DNA of 64,000 nucleotides. Source: Syntrophorhabdaceae bacterium (GTDB taxonomy: Bacteria; Desulfobacterota; Syntrophorhabdia; Syntrophorhabdales; Syntrophorhabdaceae). The stretch spans positions 605,466 through 669,465 of the forward strand of contig CAXXUO010000002.1 in NCBI GenBank assembly GCA_963666485.2, given 5' to 3'. Below, piece by piece: positions 19,389-29,018 of this stretch (position 1 is the first letter of the stretch; every line of letters begins with the position of its first letter). A program made the translations under genes and the position numbers. The notes under the pieces were generated by a model. The model searched no databases, had not been told where the DNA came from, and saw only the letters and a program-made list of their open reading frames with translations.

Positions 19389-19577
19389 TTACTCAGCCGG
19401 TTTCTCTTCGGCAGCGGTTTCCTGTTCGGCGGGAGCCTGTTCGGCGGTCTCTTCGTTGGTCTCCTCAGGTTCCTCGGTCTTCAGGCCGTGCCTTCTCGCC
19501 ATTTTCTCCTGGGCCTTCTGCTGCCGTTTGATCTCTTTTTGCCGTTTCAAAAAAGTATTTTGATTACGTTTTGCCAT
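19389..19577 (-). CDS. Small charged hypothetical protein
   Basis: MAKRNQNTFLKRQKEIKRQQKAQEK with acidic tail; RBS aaggaaagg. Confidence 0.7.
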   Translation of the reverse strand: MAKRNQNTFLKRQKEIKRQQKAQEKMARRHGLKTEEPEETNEETAEQAPAEQETAAEEKPAE

Positions 19578-19785
19578 GTGAGGCATCCTTTCCTTCTTCC
19601 TGACGAAAAGAGTGTCCGGAAGAGATAATTATTTCCGATGCAGTTAAGGATTATGACGTTATTCGGCGGGTTTGTCAAGATGACAAGGGCAATCCGCCCC
19701 GACCTGCCTTCTTTTCCCTTTACATTTGTTTCGATACGCTTTAGTGTCTAAAGTAGTAAATATGAAGAGAAAAAGGGGACAGTAT

Positions 19786-20049
19786 ATGCATTGCCGCCTG
19801 TTAGCTATCTTATGTATGGTATCGATTCTTGTCTTGTCCGCCGCTCCATCCCTCTATGCCCAGAACTACGGTTCCTGTGCCAACACGGTATGCGGCCCGG
19901 GATATGTGGCAACCCCGCAGATGAACGGCGAATGCCTCTGTGTTGCGCAGGACTGCAAAGATCTGGACGGATGCGTCCAGCCGCCGAAGGCGGTCGAAGA
20001 CTGCAACAGCATCGAGGGATGCAACCCGCCGCAGATCATCAAGCCGTAG
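19786..20049 (+). CDS. Small secreted cysteine-rich protein
   Basis: Signal peptide ending SLYA; 8 Cys in ~62-aa mature part. Confidence 0.65.
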   Translation: MHCRLLAILCMVSILVLSAAPSLYAQNYGSCANTVCGPGYVATPQMNGECLCVAQDCKDLDGCVQPPKAVEDCNSIEGCNPPQIIKP

Positions 20050-20073
20050 CGTCACGTATCTGCCGCCCGGAAA

Positions 20074-20535
20074 ATGGCCAGGGTCCTGATAACGTATCAC
20101 TCGCAGACCGGAAACACGAGGAGGATGGCCGAGGCCGTTGCGGACGGCGTCAGGGACGCGGCCCATTCCGAAGCGATACTGAAGAAAGCCTTCGACACCA
20201 CTTCGGAGGACATACGCGCCTGTGATGCCGTCGTATTCTGTTCGCCGGAGTATTTCGGATATATGTCGGGCGCCATCAAAGACCTCTTTGACCGCACATA
20301 CGAGGAATTACGCGATGACCCGCGATCGCTGAAGAAACCATACAGCATAGTCGTGAGCGCAGGTAATGACGGCACCGGTGCCGTCCGCCAGATAGAGCGC
20401 CTCTGTAAGGGATACAATTTCAAGAAAGTTCAGAACCCGATAATAGCGAAGGGCACAGTGACGGACGACATCCTCGCCCAATGCCGCGAACTCGGCGCCA
20501 CCCTGGCCGAAGGCATCAACGCCAAGATATTCTGA
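20074..20535 (+). CDS. Flavodoxin-family protein
   Basis: YHSQTGNTRRMAE, CSPEYFGYMSG. Confidence 0.9.
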   Translation: MARVLITYHSQTGNTRRMAEAVADGVRDAAHSEAILKKAFDTTSEDIRACDAVVFCSPEYFGYMSGAIKDLFDRTYEELRDDPRSLKKPYSIVVSAGNDGTGAVRQIERLCKGYNFKKVQNPIIAKGTVTDDILAQCRELGATLAEGINAKIF

Positions 20536-20563
20536 CAATCGAAATCCGGAAACTCTGAAAAGA

Positions 20564-20860
20564 CTCTCTCTCGCCCGTTCGTCGCTTCGCTCCTCTCTCG
20601 AGCTCGCGGAGAACGCGGAGAACGGCGGAGGCCGCGGGAGCCCGGAGCCGACCAGGCTCCCGCGGCATCTTCGATCCTGCCCTTCAGGCAGGATGGACCG
20701 CTTGGACTATTAATTACCTTGTATTGTTTTTCTTCTTTTCCTCGGCGAAGCCGACGAAAGTGCCGGCTGGTCGTGGTCGGCTCCGCGACCAGCCGGCAAA
20801 GTCTTTCCCCTTCGCAGTTCTCTGTGTTCTCTGTGAGCTCGAGCGAAGCGGGCGAGAGAG
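20564..20860. mobile_element. ~300-bp non-coding MITE-like element, copy 1
   Basis: Terminal IR ctctctcgcccg...cgggcgagagag; near-identical copy at 41364-41698. Confidence 0.8.
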
Positions 20861-20865
20861 TGTAT

Positions 20866-22518
20866 TTATCGTCTCTTGTCTTTTTCCAGCTTCCTTTTCT
20901 CTTCGTCACGGATCTCGCGGCGGAGGAGCTTGCCGACCTTTGATTTCGGGAGCATGTCGCGGAATTCGATGTATCCCGGGACCTTGTACGGGGCGAGCCT
21001 GTCCCGGCACCATTTCAGGAGCTCGTTGCTGCCGATGCCTTTCGCGTCTTCCTTGAGAACGACGATCGCTTTTATCCTCTCGCCTACCCGCGGGTCGGGG
21101 ACGCCGATGACACAGGCGCCGATGACGGTCGGATGGTCCTGCAGGGCGGCCTCGACCTCCGACGCGGAGACGCGGTATGCCTTGTACTTGATGATGTCCG
21201 CGGTCCTCTCCACGAACTCCAGTTCCCCTTTGTCGTTTATCTTTACGTAATCGCCCATGCGGTAATAGATATCGCCGTTCATCTTAACGTAGGAGTACTC
21301 TGTTTCTTCGGGCTTGTTGAGGTATTCCTTCAGGGTGTACGGGGAGGTCACGAGAAGTTCCCCGAGTTCCCCCGGCGGCAGTTTTTCGAGGGTTTCGCGA
21401 TCGACGACGATCGACTTGCGCGTCTTGAGGGGCGTCCCGATCACTGTCGGTGAGGGCTCCTGGTTGAGCAGGCTGTACGTGACATGCCCTATTTCCGTCG
21501 AGCCGTACACCTGGTAGAGCGGGATCTGGTATTTCTCGCGCCATGTCTTGAACACCTCGACGGGAAGGACGTCGCCGCCGCAATAGCAGTACCGCAGGGA
21601 ACTCAGGTCATACTGGTCGAGCCTGTCGTTCTCGAGCATCATCCGGTAGAGTGCCGGAACGCCGAGCATCCACTTGATCTTGTACCGCTCGATCGCGGAC
21701 AGGGTCGCGTCGACCTCGGGAAGCGGCAGCAGCACGACGGTGTTCCCGTAATTGAACCCGAAGGCGATGGAGAAGCCCTTCGCCATGATGTGGAACAACG
21801 GGTTCACCATCAGGACCGTATCCCTTCCCGGCGTCACATAGTCCTTTATGACGTCGTCCATGATGTCACGGATGTAGGTGACCTCGCCGATATGGTTTCC
21901 CGGGACGCCTTTCGGGAACCCTGTCGTACCGCCCGTGTACATGATGTAGGACAGGTCCTTTACCGGGTCGATCTCGACCTCTGGCGGAATGGGACGGGAT
22001 TTGTAGAGGATCTTCGTGAATGAATGTATCTTATCGCCTTTCGGGACAGTCCCGCGCGGTATTTTGTCGAAAAGGTACCCTATGACCCTTTTCACCGGCG
22101 ATACGAAGTCGACAAGGTTCGTCACGATCACCCGCTTGAGATTCGTCCTCTCCATGACCTCTTTCACATACACGAAATTCGTGTCGAGGCAGATGACCGT
22201 CTCGATGCCGGCGTCTTTTATCATGTACTCTATTTCGAACGCCGTATAGATGGGCGATACAGGCACCGTCACCGCGCCTATCCGGTTGATGGCGAAATTC
22301 GCGATGATCCACTGCGGGCAGTTCGATATATACAGCATGACCCGGTCCTGCTTCTTGACGCCGAGGTCTGCGAGCCCCCGGGCAAACTGGTGGACCAGCG
22401 TCTCCAGCCGGCCGTACGTGAATACCTCGCCGAGATAGATGAGGGCCGGCCGGGATATATATTTCTTGCAGGCTTCTTCAAACCGGGTAAATGTACATTC
22501 TTTTTCCAAGGATGTCAT
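20866..22518 (-). CDS. Acyl-CoA synthetase / AMP-binding ligase
   Basis: YTGGTTGFPKG, YGSTE, YYRMGD, PKSKVGKLLRR. Confidence 0.95.
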   Translation of the reverse strand: MTSLEKECTFTRFEEACKKYISRPALIYLGEVFTYGRLETLVHQFARGLADLGVKKQDRVMLYISNCPQWIIANFAINRIGAVTVPVSPIYTAFEIEYMIKDAGIETVICLDTNFVYVKEVMERTNLKRVIVTNLVDFVSPVKRVIGYLFDKIPRGTVPKGDKIHSFTKILYKSRPIPPEVEIDPVKDLSYIMYTGGTTGFPKGVPGNHIGEVTYIRDIMDDVIKDYVTPGRDTVLMVNPLFHIMAKGFSIAFGFNYGNTVVLLPLPEVDATLSAIERYKIKWMLGVPALYRMMLENDRLDQYDLSSLRYCYCGGDVLPVEVFKTWREKYQIPLYQVYGSTEIGHVTYSLLNQEPSPTVIGTPLKTRKSIVVDRETLEKLPPGELGELLVTSPYTLKEYLNKPEETEYSYVKMNGDIYYRMGDYVKINDKGELEFVERTADIIKYKAYRVSASEVEAALQDHPTVIGACVIGVPDPRVGERIKAIVVLKEDAKGIGSNELLKWCRDRLAPYKVPGYIEFRDMLPKSKVGKLLRREIRDEEKRKLEKDKRR

Positions 22519-22528
22519 GCATCACCCC

Positions 22529-23275
22529 TTACACGCCGAAATAGGCGGATTTCACGTCGGGATTGTCGAGCAGCTCCTCGCGCGTCCCCGAAAGTACGCT
22601 CGAGCCGTTCTCGAGGATATAGCCGTAATCGATGATGGGCATGACCGGCCGCGCATACTGCTCGGTGATTATGATCGAGATGCCCTTCGAGTCCCGGATC
22701 GCCTTCGTCCCGTTGATGACGATCTCCTGGTAGGCAGGGCTCAAACCGAGAAGCGGCTCGTCGAGAAGCAGCAGTTTCGGCGACGCCATGAGCGCCCTCC
22801 CGATCGCGAGCATCTGCTGCTCGCCGCCGCTCAAAAAACCGCCCTGCCTTTTGAGGTGGTCCTTCAGGCGCGGGAACAGGTCGAGAACGTACTCCAGGTT
22901 CTGTCGCGTTTCCCTGCCGCCCGTCAGGTACGACCCTATCTTGAGGTTTTCGAGCACCGAGCTTTCCGGGAATATCCTCCTGCGCTCCGGGCACAGCACG
23001 ATGCCCGCCTTCGCCCGGTTGTGGGGCTTGATCGCACTCATGTCCTTCCCATTGAAAAAGACACGGCCGAACACGGATATCCGCTCACCGCCGCGCATCT
23101 CCTCCTTCTTCTTGATATCGAGGATGATGCCCGATATGGCGTGCATGAACGTGCTCTTTCCCGCACTGTTGGAACCGAATATCCCGACTATTTTACTGTC
23201 CTCACAATTGATGCTGACGTTGTTGAGGGCGATCATATTTTCGAAGAACACCATCATCTCAAAGGCTTCGAACAT
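22529..23275 (-). CDS. Liv-type ABC ATPase (LivF-like)
   Basis: GSNSAGKST, LSGGEQQMLAIGRALM, LLLDEP. Confidence 0.93.
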   Translation of the reverse strand: MFEAFEMMVFFENMIALNNVSINCEDSKIVGIFGSNSAGKSTFMHAISGIILDIKKKEEMRGGERISVFGRVFFNGKDMSAIKPHNRAKAGIVLCPERRRIFPESSVLENLKIGSYLTGGRETRQNLEYVLDLFPRLKDHLKRQGGFLSGGEQQMLAIGRALMASPKLLLLDEPLLGLSPAYQEIVINGTKAIRDSKGISIIITEQYARPVMPIIDYGYILENGSSVLSGTREELLDNPDVKSAYFGV

Positions 23276-23279
23276 GGAC

Positions 23280-24059
23280 CTACACTCCTTCGCTTCCGAG
23301 ATATGCCTCGCGCACCCTCTTGTCCTCGATGACGTCGAGCGGCTGGCCTTCCTGTATCTTTTCGCCGAAATTGAGCGCCATGACCCGCGTGGCAACCTTG
23401 AACAGCTCCCGCAGGCGGTGTTCGACCATGATGAGCGTTATGCCCTCATCCTTCATCTTCTCGATAAGGGGCAGCATGCCTGCGATCTCGCTCATGGAGA
23501 GCCCTGAAAAAACCTCGTCGCAGAAGATTATCTCGGGGCGCAGTGCCATGCAGCGCGCCAGCTCGAGCCTCTTCTGGTACCCCGTCGGCAGGGTCGACGC
23601 CATCTTGTACGGCACGCGCGAATCGCGCTCGAACCCGATCTCTTCCAGGATGTCCACGGCGACAGTGTCCCTGTCCCCGTGCTTGCCGCCCCCGCGCCAT
23701 CCGCCCGTCTTCCGTGCGCGCGGCGACCACAGCGGTATGATGAGGTTCTTGTAGGCCGGCAGGGAATGGTAGGGCCTCATGATCTGGAACGTCCGCGCGA
23801 TCCCGATGTCGGCGATCTTGTGCGGCTTCCAGCCCGTGATGTCCTGGCCTTTGAACGTCACCTTGCCCGACTCGGTCTTGATGAAGCCGGTAATGCAGTT
23901 TATCAGGGTTGTCTTCCCCGACCCGTTCGGGCCGATGATGCCGAAGACGTCGCCCTGTTCGATATCGAAGCTCACATCCATGAGCGCCTTCAACCCCCCG
24001 AAGGATTTCGTGATGCCCTGTACGGATAAAACCGGCTGCGCGCTCATACCTTCACCCAC
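23280..24059 (-). CDS. Liv-type ABC ATPase (LivG-like)
   Basis: FGGLKAL, GPNGSGKTT, ARTFQ, VREAYLG. Confidence 0.93.
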   Translation of the reverse strand: MGEGMSAQPVLSVQGITKSFGGLKALMDVSFDIEQGDVFGIIGPNGSGKTTLINCITGFIKTESGKVTFKGQDITGWKPHKIADIGIARTFQIMRPYHSLPAYKNLIIPLWSPRARKTGGWRGGGKHGDRDTVAVDILEEIGFERDSRVPYKMASTLPTGYQKRLELARCMALRPEIIFCDEVFSGLSMSEIAGMLPLIEKMKDEGITLIMVEHRLRELFKVATRVMALNFGEKIQEGQPLDVIEDKRVREAYLGSEGV

Positions 24060-25057
24060 CTTTCAAACTGATGATACTTCCGCTGAAGGTAGACCATGAT
24101 CCCCTCACTCTTGAAGACGATAAAACCGGTCAGGATGATGCAGTAGATAACGATCCTGAACGTCCCGAACGCGCGCAGGACCTCCGACAGGGGCACGAGT
24201 ATGAAGGCCCCGATCATCGCGCCCACCAGCGTCCCGCCGCCCCCGATGACGACCGCGGCGATCGGTATGATGGAGAAGTCAAGGGCGAAGAGCGAGATGC
24301 CCGCCCACATGTAAAGGTGCGCTATGTACGCCCCGGCGAAGCACCCGATGAAGGACGCTATGAAAACAGCGATTATCCTCATTCGGGTGACGCTGATCCC
24401 CGAGGCCCTGACTGCCTGGTCATTGTCCTTGACCCCCCGAAGAACGAGGCCGATATCCTGGTTCACGAACCTGCGCATGCCGAAGAGGAAGATCAACGCA
24501 ACAATGATGATCGTATAATTTTCAAAATACGGATTCGGGAATGCGTCGATCCCCGACATGCCGTTCGTCCCGCCCAGGATGTCGAGCGCCTCGATGATCC
24601 GGGTGAACAAGAGCGGATACATCAGGGTCACGATGGCAAAGTAGACGCCCCTCAGCGGTAAACACGGCAGGAGGCACAGGGTGCAGAATGCCGCCCCGGC
24701 CAATGTCGCGAGCGGCATGGACAGCCATATCGGCATCCCCAGGGTCGTGTTGAATATTGCAGCGAAGTACCCTCCTACCCCCGTAAAAAACGCCCCGCCA
24801 AGGCACACAAGGCCCACGTAGTTCGCAAGGAAATCGAATGACAGCGCCAGGATCGCGTAGGCGCACATGATGTTGATCACCTTTTTCCAGTACGGGGCGA
24901 GCTCAAATACGAACGGAAGGGCCAGGAGCCCGACAATGAGCAGGAGCCTCGGTCCCATGAGATACAGGATCTCGCGCAGGGACGATATTGCGTAAATGCC
25001 TTCCGTCCGGACCTTCAGGCCCCGGTCAATCCTTTCTTTTCGCATCATCGCGTCCAT
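24044..25057 (-). CDS. Liv-type ABC permease (LivM-like)
   Basis: LRGVYFAIVTL, GGTNG, KDNDQAVRASGI. Confidence 0.9.
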   Translation of the reverse strand: MDAMMRKERIDRGLKVRTEGIYAISSLREILYLMGPRLLLIVGLLALPFVFELAPYWKKVINIMCAYAILALSFDFLANYVGLVCLGGAFFTGVGGYFAAIFNTTLGMPIWLSMPLATLAGAAFCTLCLLPCLPLRGVYFAIVTLMYPLLFTRIIEALDILGGTNGMSGIDAFPNPYFENYTIIIVALIFLFGMRRFVNQDIGLVLRGVKDNDQAVRASGISVTRMRIIAVFIASFIGCFAGAYIAHLYMWAGISLFALDFSIIPIAAVVIGGGGTLVGAMIGAFILVPLSEVLRAFGTFRIVIYCIILTGFIVFKSEGIMVYLQRKYHQFERWVKV

Positions 25058-25058
25058 A

Positions 25059-25928
25059 TCACACCCGCTCTTCCAGTTCTTTTTGTTTACCGAAGATCCC
25101 CGACGGCTTGACCAGGAGAGTGAGGATGATAGCGAGAAGCGCGACCACCATCTGGTAATGGGCCGAAAGGAACGACTCGGTAAGGATCTGCGCGAACCCT
25201 ATAATGAAGGACGCCACAATGACGCCTCCCCAGCTCCCCAGTCCCCCGATAACGCAAACCGCTATCGCAAAAATGAGGACATTGTACCCGGTCTCAACGA
25301 CGATATTTCCCAGGGGAAGAAGTATTATCGCCGCGAGCCCGGCCAGGGCCGAACCTATACCCAGAGAGAGCACCGCGGTGACGTCCGAGTTGATCCCGAG
25401 CATCATGGCTGCCCTCTCATCCTGGGCAATGCCCCGGAAAGCCAGGCCCATTTTGGTGTACCGTGTGAAAAGGTAGAGAAGGATGAACGTCCCGATGCCG
25501 GCCCCGACGATGATGAGGCGCTGGTAATCGACGCTGACACCGAGTATGTCCACCGAACCGGCAAAGAAGGTGGGCAGGCTGAATGTCCCGCCCCGCAGGC
25601 CTCCCCATCGCAAACCCTCGAGAATGGCCAGCCCGATGGCGTATGTCGCGATGATCTCGGATATCTCCATACCCCGTATCCTGACCAGTATGAACTGGTA
25701 GATGAGGGCCCCGACGATCGCCGTGATCCCTATACCCAGGATTATCGCCATTATGTACGGCATCCCCGTGCATTTGTTAACGAACACCCAGGTCAGGTAC
25801 CCCGCGGTGATATACAGGGCCCCGTGTGCGAAGTTCGGGACCCTGCTTATCGAGTAAACTAGGGTGAATCCAAGCGATATAAGGGAGAGGGTTATGCTGT
25901 TGATTATCCCGTAGACGACAATTTCCAT
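25059..25928 (-). CDS. Liv-type ABC permease (LivH-like)
   Basis: SLGFTLVYS..VPNFAHG, AQDERAAMMLGIN, IGGLGS, KPSGIFG. Confidence 0.92.
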   Translation of the reverse strand: MEIVVYGIINSITLSLISLGFTLVYSISRVPNFAHGALYITAGYLTWVFVNKCTGMPYIMAIILGIGITAIVGALIYQFILVRIRGMEISEIIATYAIGLAILEGLRWGGLRGGTFSLPTFFAGSVDILGVSVDYQRLIIVGAGIGTFILLYLFTRYTKMGLAFRGIAQDERAAMMLGINSDVTAVLSLGIGSALAGLAAIILLPLGNIVVETGYNVLIFAIAVCVIGGLGSWGGVIVASFIIGFAQILTESFLSAHYQMVVALLAIILTLLVKPSGIFGKQKELEERV

Positions 25929-25949
25929 ACGTCCCCTCTTTTCTTTCTT

Positions 25950-27209
25950 TTATTTCATCCAGGGCGGAAGCAGGACCTTTCCCTCTGCCGTCTTCGGCGG
26001 GAATACCTGGACGCGCTTGCTCTTCTGCCACTGGATGATGCCCGTTACCGCGCCTTCCTTCGGGTCGAGCGACGGGATGATCTGGTGTGTCTTCGGGTCG
26101 AATTTCATTCTTCCGTACACGCCCTGGAAATCGAGGTTTTCGAGCGCCGTCACAACCTTGTCGGAATCCGTGGTCCCGGCTTTTTCAATCGCATTCTTGA
26201 GCTGGTAGACAGCCATATAGCTCGATGATGTGCCGTACCCTTCAGGCTCGAGTCCCCATCTTTTCTTGTAGGCGTCGACGAATTTCATCGTCCACGGGGT
26301 GATCTTCGCCGGGGCGTTGCCGCCGTTAACGAGGTTCACGATGAGGTAGTCCCCCTTGCCGCCGGATGCCTTGGCGAAACCGGGCTGCTCCGCGGCGTTC
26401 ACGAAACCGATGGGAAGCGATTTCATCTTCATGTCGGCCCACTGTTTCAGGAGGATCGTGCTCTCAGGCATGTCCATCCAGAGGAAAAGTATCTGCGCGC
26501 CTTTCTTCGATGCGTCGGAAAGCCCGACGGAGTAGTCCGTTGTACCGGTAGGGTAGATCTTCGGTGCGATAACGGTCCATCCCTTGTCTGTCAGGGCCTT
26601 CTGCATCACCTCGCCGCCCTTGCGGGCATGCTCGACGTCCTGAACCATGATGGCTGCCGTCTTGAACCCGTAGCTCTTCCTCAAGTCCTCGAGCATGGTC
26701 ACGAAGTCGCCCATCATGACGCCGACATGGCTCGTGTTGCGGAAGCAGTATTTATACTTGGCGTAATTGCCTTCGACCTTTTTATGATAGGCCGGCGTGA
26801 GAACACCCGTCGTTACGATGCTCACCCTTTTGTACTTGCTGAGGAGGTCCATGGCAGCGAGGGCCGCCTCCGAGCGCACCGGGCCGCCGACGATGAAGTC
26901 GGCCTTCTTCTCCAATATCAGCTTCTCAAGCCCGAGAAGCGCCTCGCTGACGGGGACCCCCGGCTCTAAGTCACGCGTGTCGATGACCTCGACTGCGATC
27001 GGCCTCTTGGTCCCGCCGACGTTGACACCCCCGGCCTTGTTGATCTCCTCGGCCGCGAGCTTTATGCCCCTTTCAGCATCCCAGCCGTACAGAAAAGCTG
27101 TCGCAAGCGGAGCACCGATAACGATCGGCTTCTCTGCCGCGGACATCAAGTTGGGAAAAAATAAAACCACCGCAACCAGGAAAACGATGATATACGTCGC
27201 CTTTCTCAT
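25950..27209 (-). CDS. Liv-family periplasmic substrate-binding protein
   Basis: Signal peptide, AAEEINKAGGV, FQGVYG. Confidence 0.92.
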   Translation of the reverse strand: MRKATYIIVFLVAVVLFFPNLMSAAEKPIVIGAPLATAFLYGWDAERGIKLAAEEINKAGGVNVGGTKRPIAVEVIDTRDLEPGVPVSEALLGLEKLILEKKADFIVGGPVRSEAALAAMDLLSKYKRVSIVTTGVLTPAYHKKVEGNYAKYKYCFRNTSHVGVMMGDFVTMLEDLRKSYGFKTAAIMVQDVEHARKGGEVMQKALTDKGWTVIAPKIYPTGTTDYSVGLSDASKKGAQILFLWMDMPESTILLKQWADMKMKSLPIGFVNAAEQPGFAKASGGKGDYLIVNLVNGGNAPAKITPWTMKFVDAYKKRWGLEPEGYGTSSSYMAVYQLKNAIEKAGTTDSDKVVTALENLDFQGVYGRMKFDPKTHQIIPSLDPKEGAVTGIIQWQKSKRVQVFPPKTAEGKVLLPPWMK

Positions 27210-27262
27210 ACATTCCCTCCCCTTGGCTTTGTATTATTGTGCCCTTACCCTGTCGCTAAAAC

Positions 27263-27278
27263 AGCAATAACTATGCCA
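27263..27278 (-). promoter_or_regulatory. Sigma54 (-24/-12) promoter of the Liv-CoA ligase operon
   Basis: Minus strand TGGCATAGTTATTGCT, GG-N10-GC. Confidence 0.88.
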
Positions 27279-27390
27279 CTTTAAACGGCCTCTCCCCGCG
27301 GAAGGTACGGAAAGACATATTTTCAGGGGGTTGAGCGCAGGGAAGGCATCTTTAGTTTTTTATCGCGGGACATGGTCCGAAAAGAGGGAA

Positions 27391-27439
27391 TGAAAGAAAT
27401 TTTCAATTCCCCGGGTGTGCAATTGAAAGAAATATTTAT
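27391..27439. promoter_or_regulatory. Two candidate enhancer (UAS) sites
   Basis: tgaaagaaattttca and tgaaagaaatattta, 33 bp apart, ~110-160 bp upstream of the sigma54 site. Confidence 0.6.
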
Positions 27440-27609
27440 TTTGCGGGATGGGGTTTCTTCTTGACGATGCCGGCCCTGTTGATCTCTTTTACCAGGACGT
27501 CCTCGGGAATTTCGAGGATGACGCTGGCTTCTTTCAAGTTCCAGCGCGTCTCTTCGAGGACTTTCCCGATGTGCTCCTTGCGGATCTCTTGCAGGGTCTT
27601 CATGGACAT
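27436..27609 (-). CDS. 57-aa stand-alone Fis-type HTH protein (below threshold)
   Basis: MSMKTLQEIRKEHIGKVLEETRWNLKEASVILEIPEDVLVKEINRAGI..., resembles the C-terminal HTH of the upstream regulator. Confidence 0.72.
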   Translation of the reverse strand: MSMKTLQEIRKEHIGKVLEETRWNLKEASVILEIPEDVLVKEINRAGIVKKKPHPAK

Positions 27610-27647
27610 ATCCGGTATTCTGGTTGCAATTGAAGTGCCAGCGATGA

Positions 27648-29018
27648 TCAGGCGGGTACGGTGATATCGTATTCTTTCAGTTTCTGCCGGAGGGTCGGGC
27701 GGGATATTCCCAGGATGTCACACGTTTTGCCGAAATGCCACCCGGTGTATTCGAGGACCCTCAGGATATGCACCTTTTCGACGTCATGCAGGGACATCGA
27801 TCCAGGATGGCTTGCCGCCGCATCCTTCCCGGCCGGCGGGCCTTTCTCGAGCAGCGCCGCAATGAGTTCATCGAGGATCGCCTCGCCCAGGGTGGAGATG
27901 ACACCCCGCGTCAGGACATTTTCGAGCTCCCGGACATTGCCGGGCCACTCATAATTGAGCAGCCTTTCCATGGCCCTCTCTTCCACCCGCTTTATAGAGC
28001 GGCGCAATTCGCCGTTTATCTTCTTGAGGAGGTACTGGACCAGGAGCGGGATGTCGCTTTTGCGCCCGCGAAGCGGGGGGACCCTGATCATCGCGACGCT
28101 CAGCCGGTAGAAAAGGTCTTCGCGGAACGTCCCCTCCCCCACCATGTGCCAGAGGTCGCGGTTCGTCGCCGCAATGACCCGCGCGTTCGACCTCAGGCTT
28201 CTTTCGCCGCCGACATGCTCGAACTCTTTTTCCTGGAGAAATCGCAGGAGCTTCGCCTGGAGCTCGAAGGGGATCTCGCTCACCTCGTCGAGAAAGATCG
28301 TCCCCTCTCCCGCGAGCTCGAACTTCCCTTTTTTCGTCGCGATCGCCCCGGTGAAGGACCCTTTCTCGTGGCCGAAAAGCTCGCTCTCAAGGAGCGTGCC
28401 GACGATAGACGAGCAGTTTATCGCAAGGAACGGCGCGTCCTTGGACGGGCTGTGATAATGGATCGCCTGGGCGATCATCTCTTTGCCTGTCCCTGTCTCG
28501 CCTTCGATGAGCACGGTCACCTTGTTCTCCGACAGGATGCCGATCGCCTTGAATATCTCCTTCATCACCCGGCTCTTGCCGATGATCTTCCCCTTCTCAT
28601 ACGCCAGCGACGGATCGAGCGAGAGGGCGTTCGTCATCGTCCCCGGCGCCGCCGCCCGGGCCGCGCGCACGACTGCCTTCTCCAGCTCCTCGATATCGAT
28701 AGGCTTCGGTATATATTCGCAGGCCCCGTACTTCATCGCTTTTATCGTCGTGTCCATGTCGTGGAAGGCGGTTATCATGATGACGTTGTTCTTTTTCGAA
28801 CCCTCGTGGAAGCCTTTCAGGACCTCGAGCCCGTCCTTGTCCGGCAGGCGGATGTCCAGTATGACGACATCCGGCGCGAATAATTCGTTCTCGGCTATGG
28901 CCTCCGCCGCCGTGGTCGCGCATGCGACATCATATCCCTTTTCCGAAAAGAACATTTCCAGGGATTCTAGCAATGACCTTTCGTCGTCGACGATGAGTAT
29001 CTTCTTTTTTACCGGCAT
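27648..29018 (-). CDS. Sigma54-dependent response regulator (NtrC/AtoC family)
   Basis: REC domain, GETGTGKE, ESELFGHEKGSFTGA, WPGNVRELEN, Fis HTH. Confidence 0.96.
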   Translation of the reverse strand: MPVKKKILIVDDERSLLESLEMFFSEKGYDVACATTAAEAIAENELFAPDVVILDIRLPDKDGLEVLKGFHEGSKKNNVIMITAFHDMDTTIKAMKYGACEYIPKPIDIEELEKAVVRAARAAAPGTMTNALSLDPSLAYEKGKIIGKSRVMKEIFKAIGILSENKVTVLIEGETGTGKEMIAQAIHYHSPSKDAPFLAINCSSIVGTLLESELFGHEKGSFTGAIATKKGKFELAGEGTIFLDEVSEIPFELQAKLLRFLQEKEFEHVGGERSLRSNARVIAATNRDLWHMVGEGTFREDLFYRLSVAMIRVPPLRGRKSDIPLLVQYLLKKINGELRRSIKRVEERAMERLLNYEWPGNVRELENVLTRGVISTLGEAILDELIAALLEKGPPAGKDAAASHPGSMSLHDVEKVHILRVLEYTGWHFGKTCDILGISRPTLRQKLKEYDITVPA

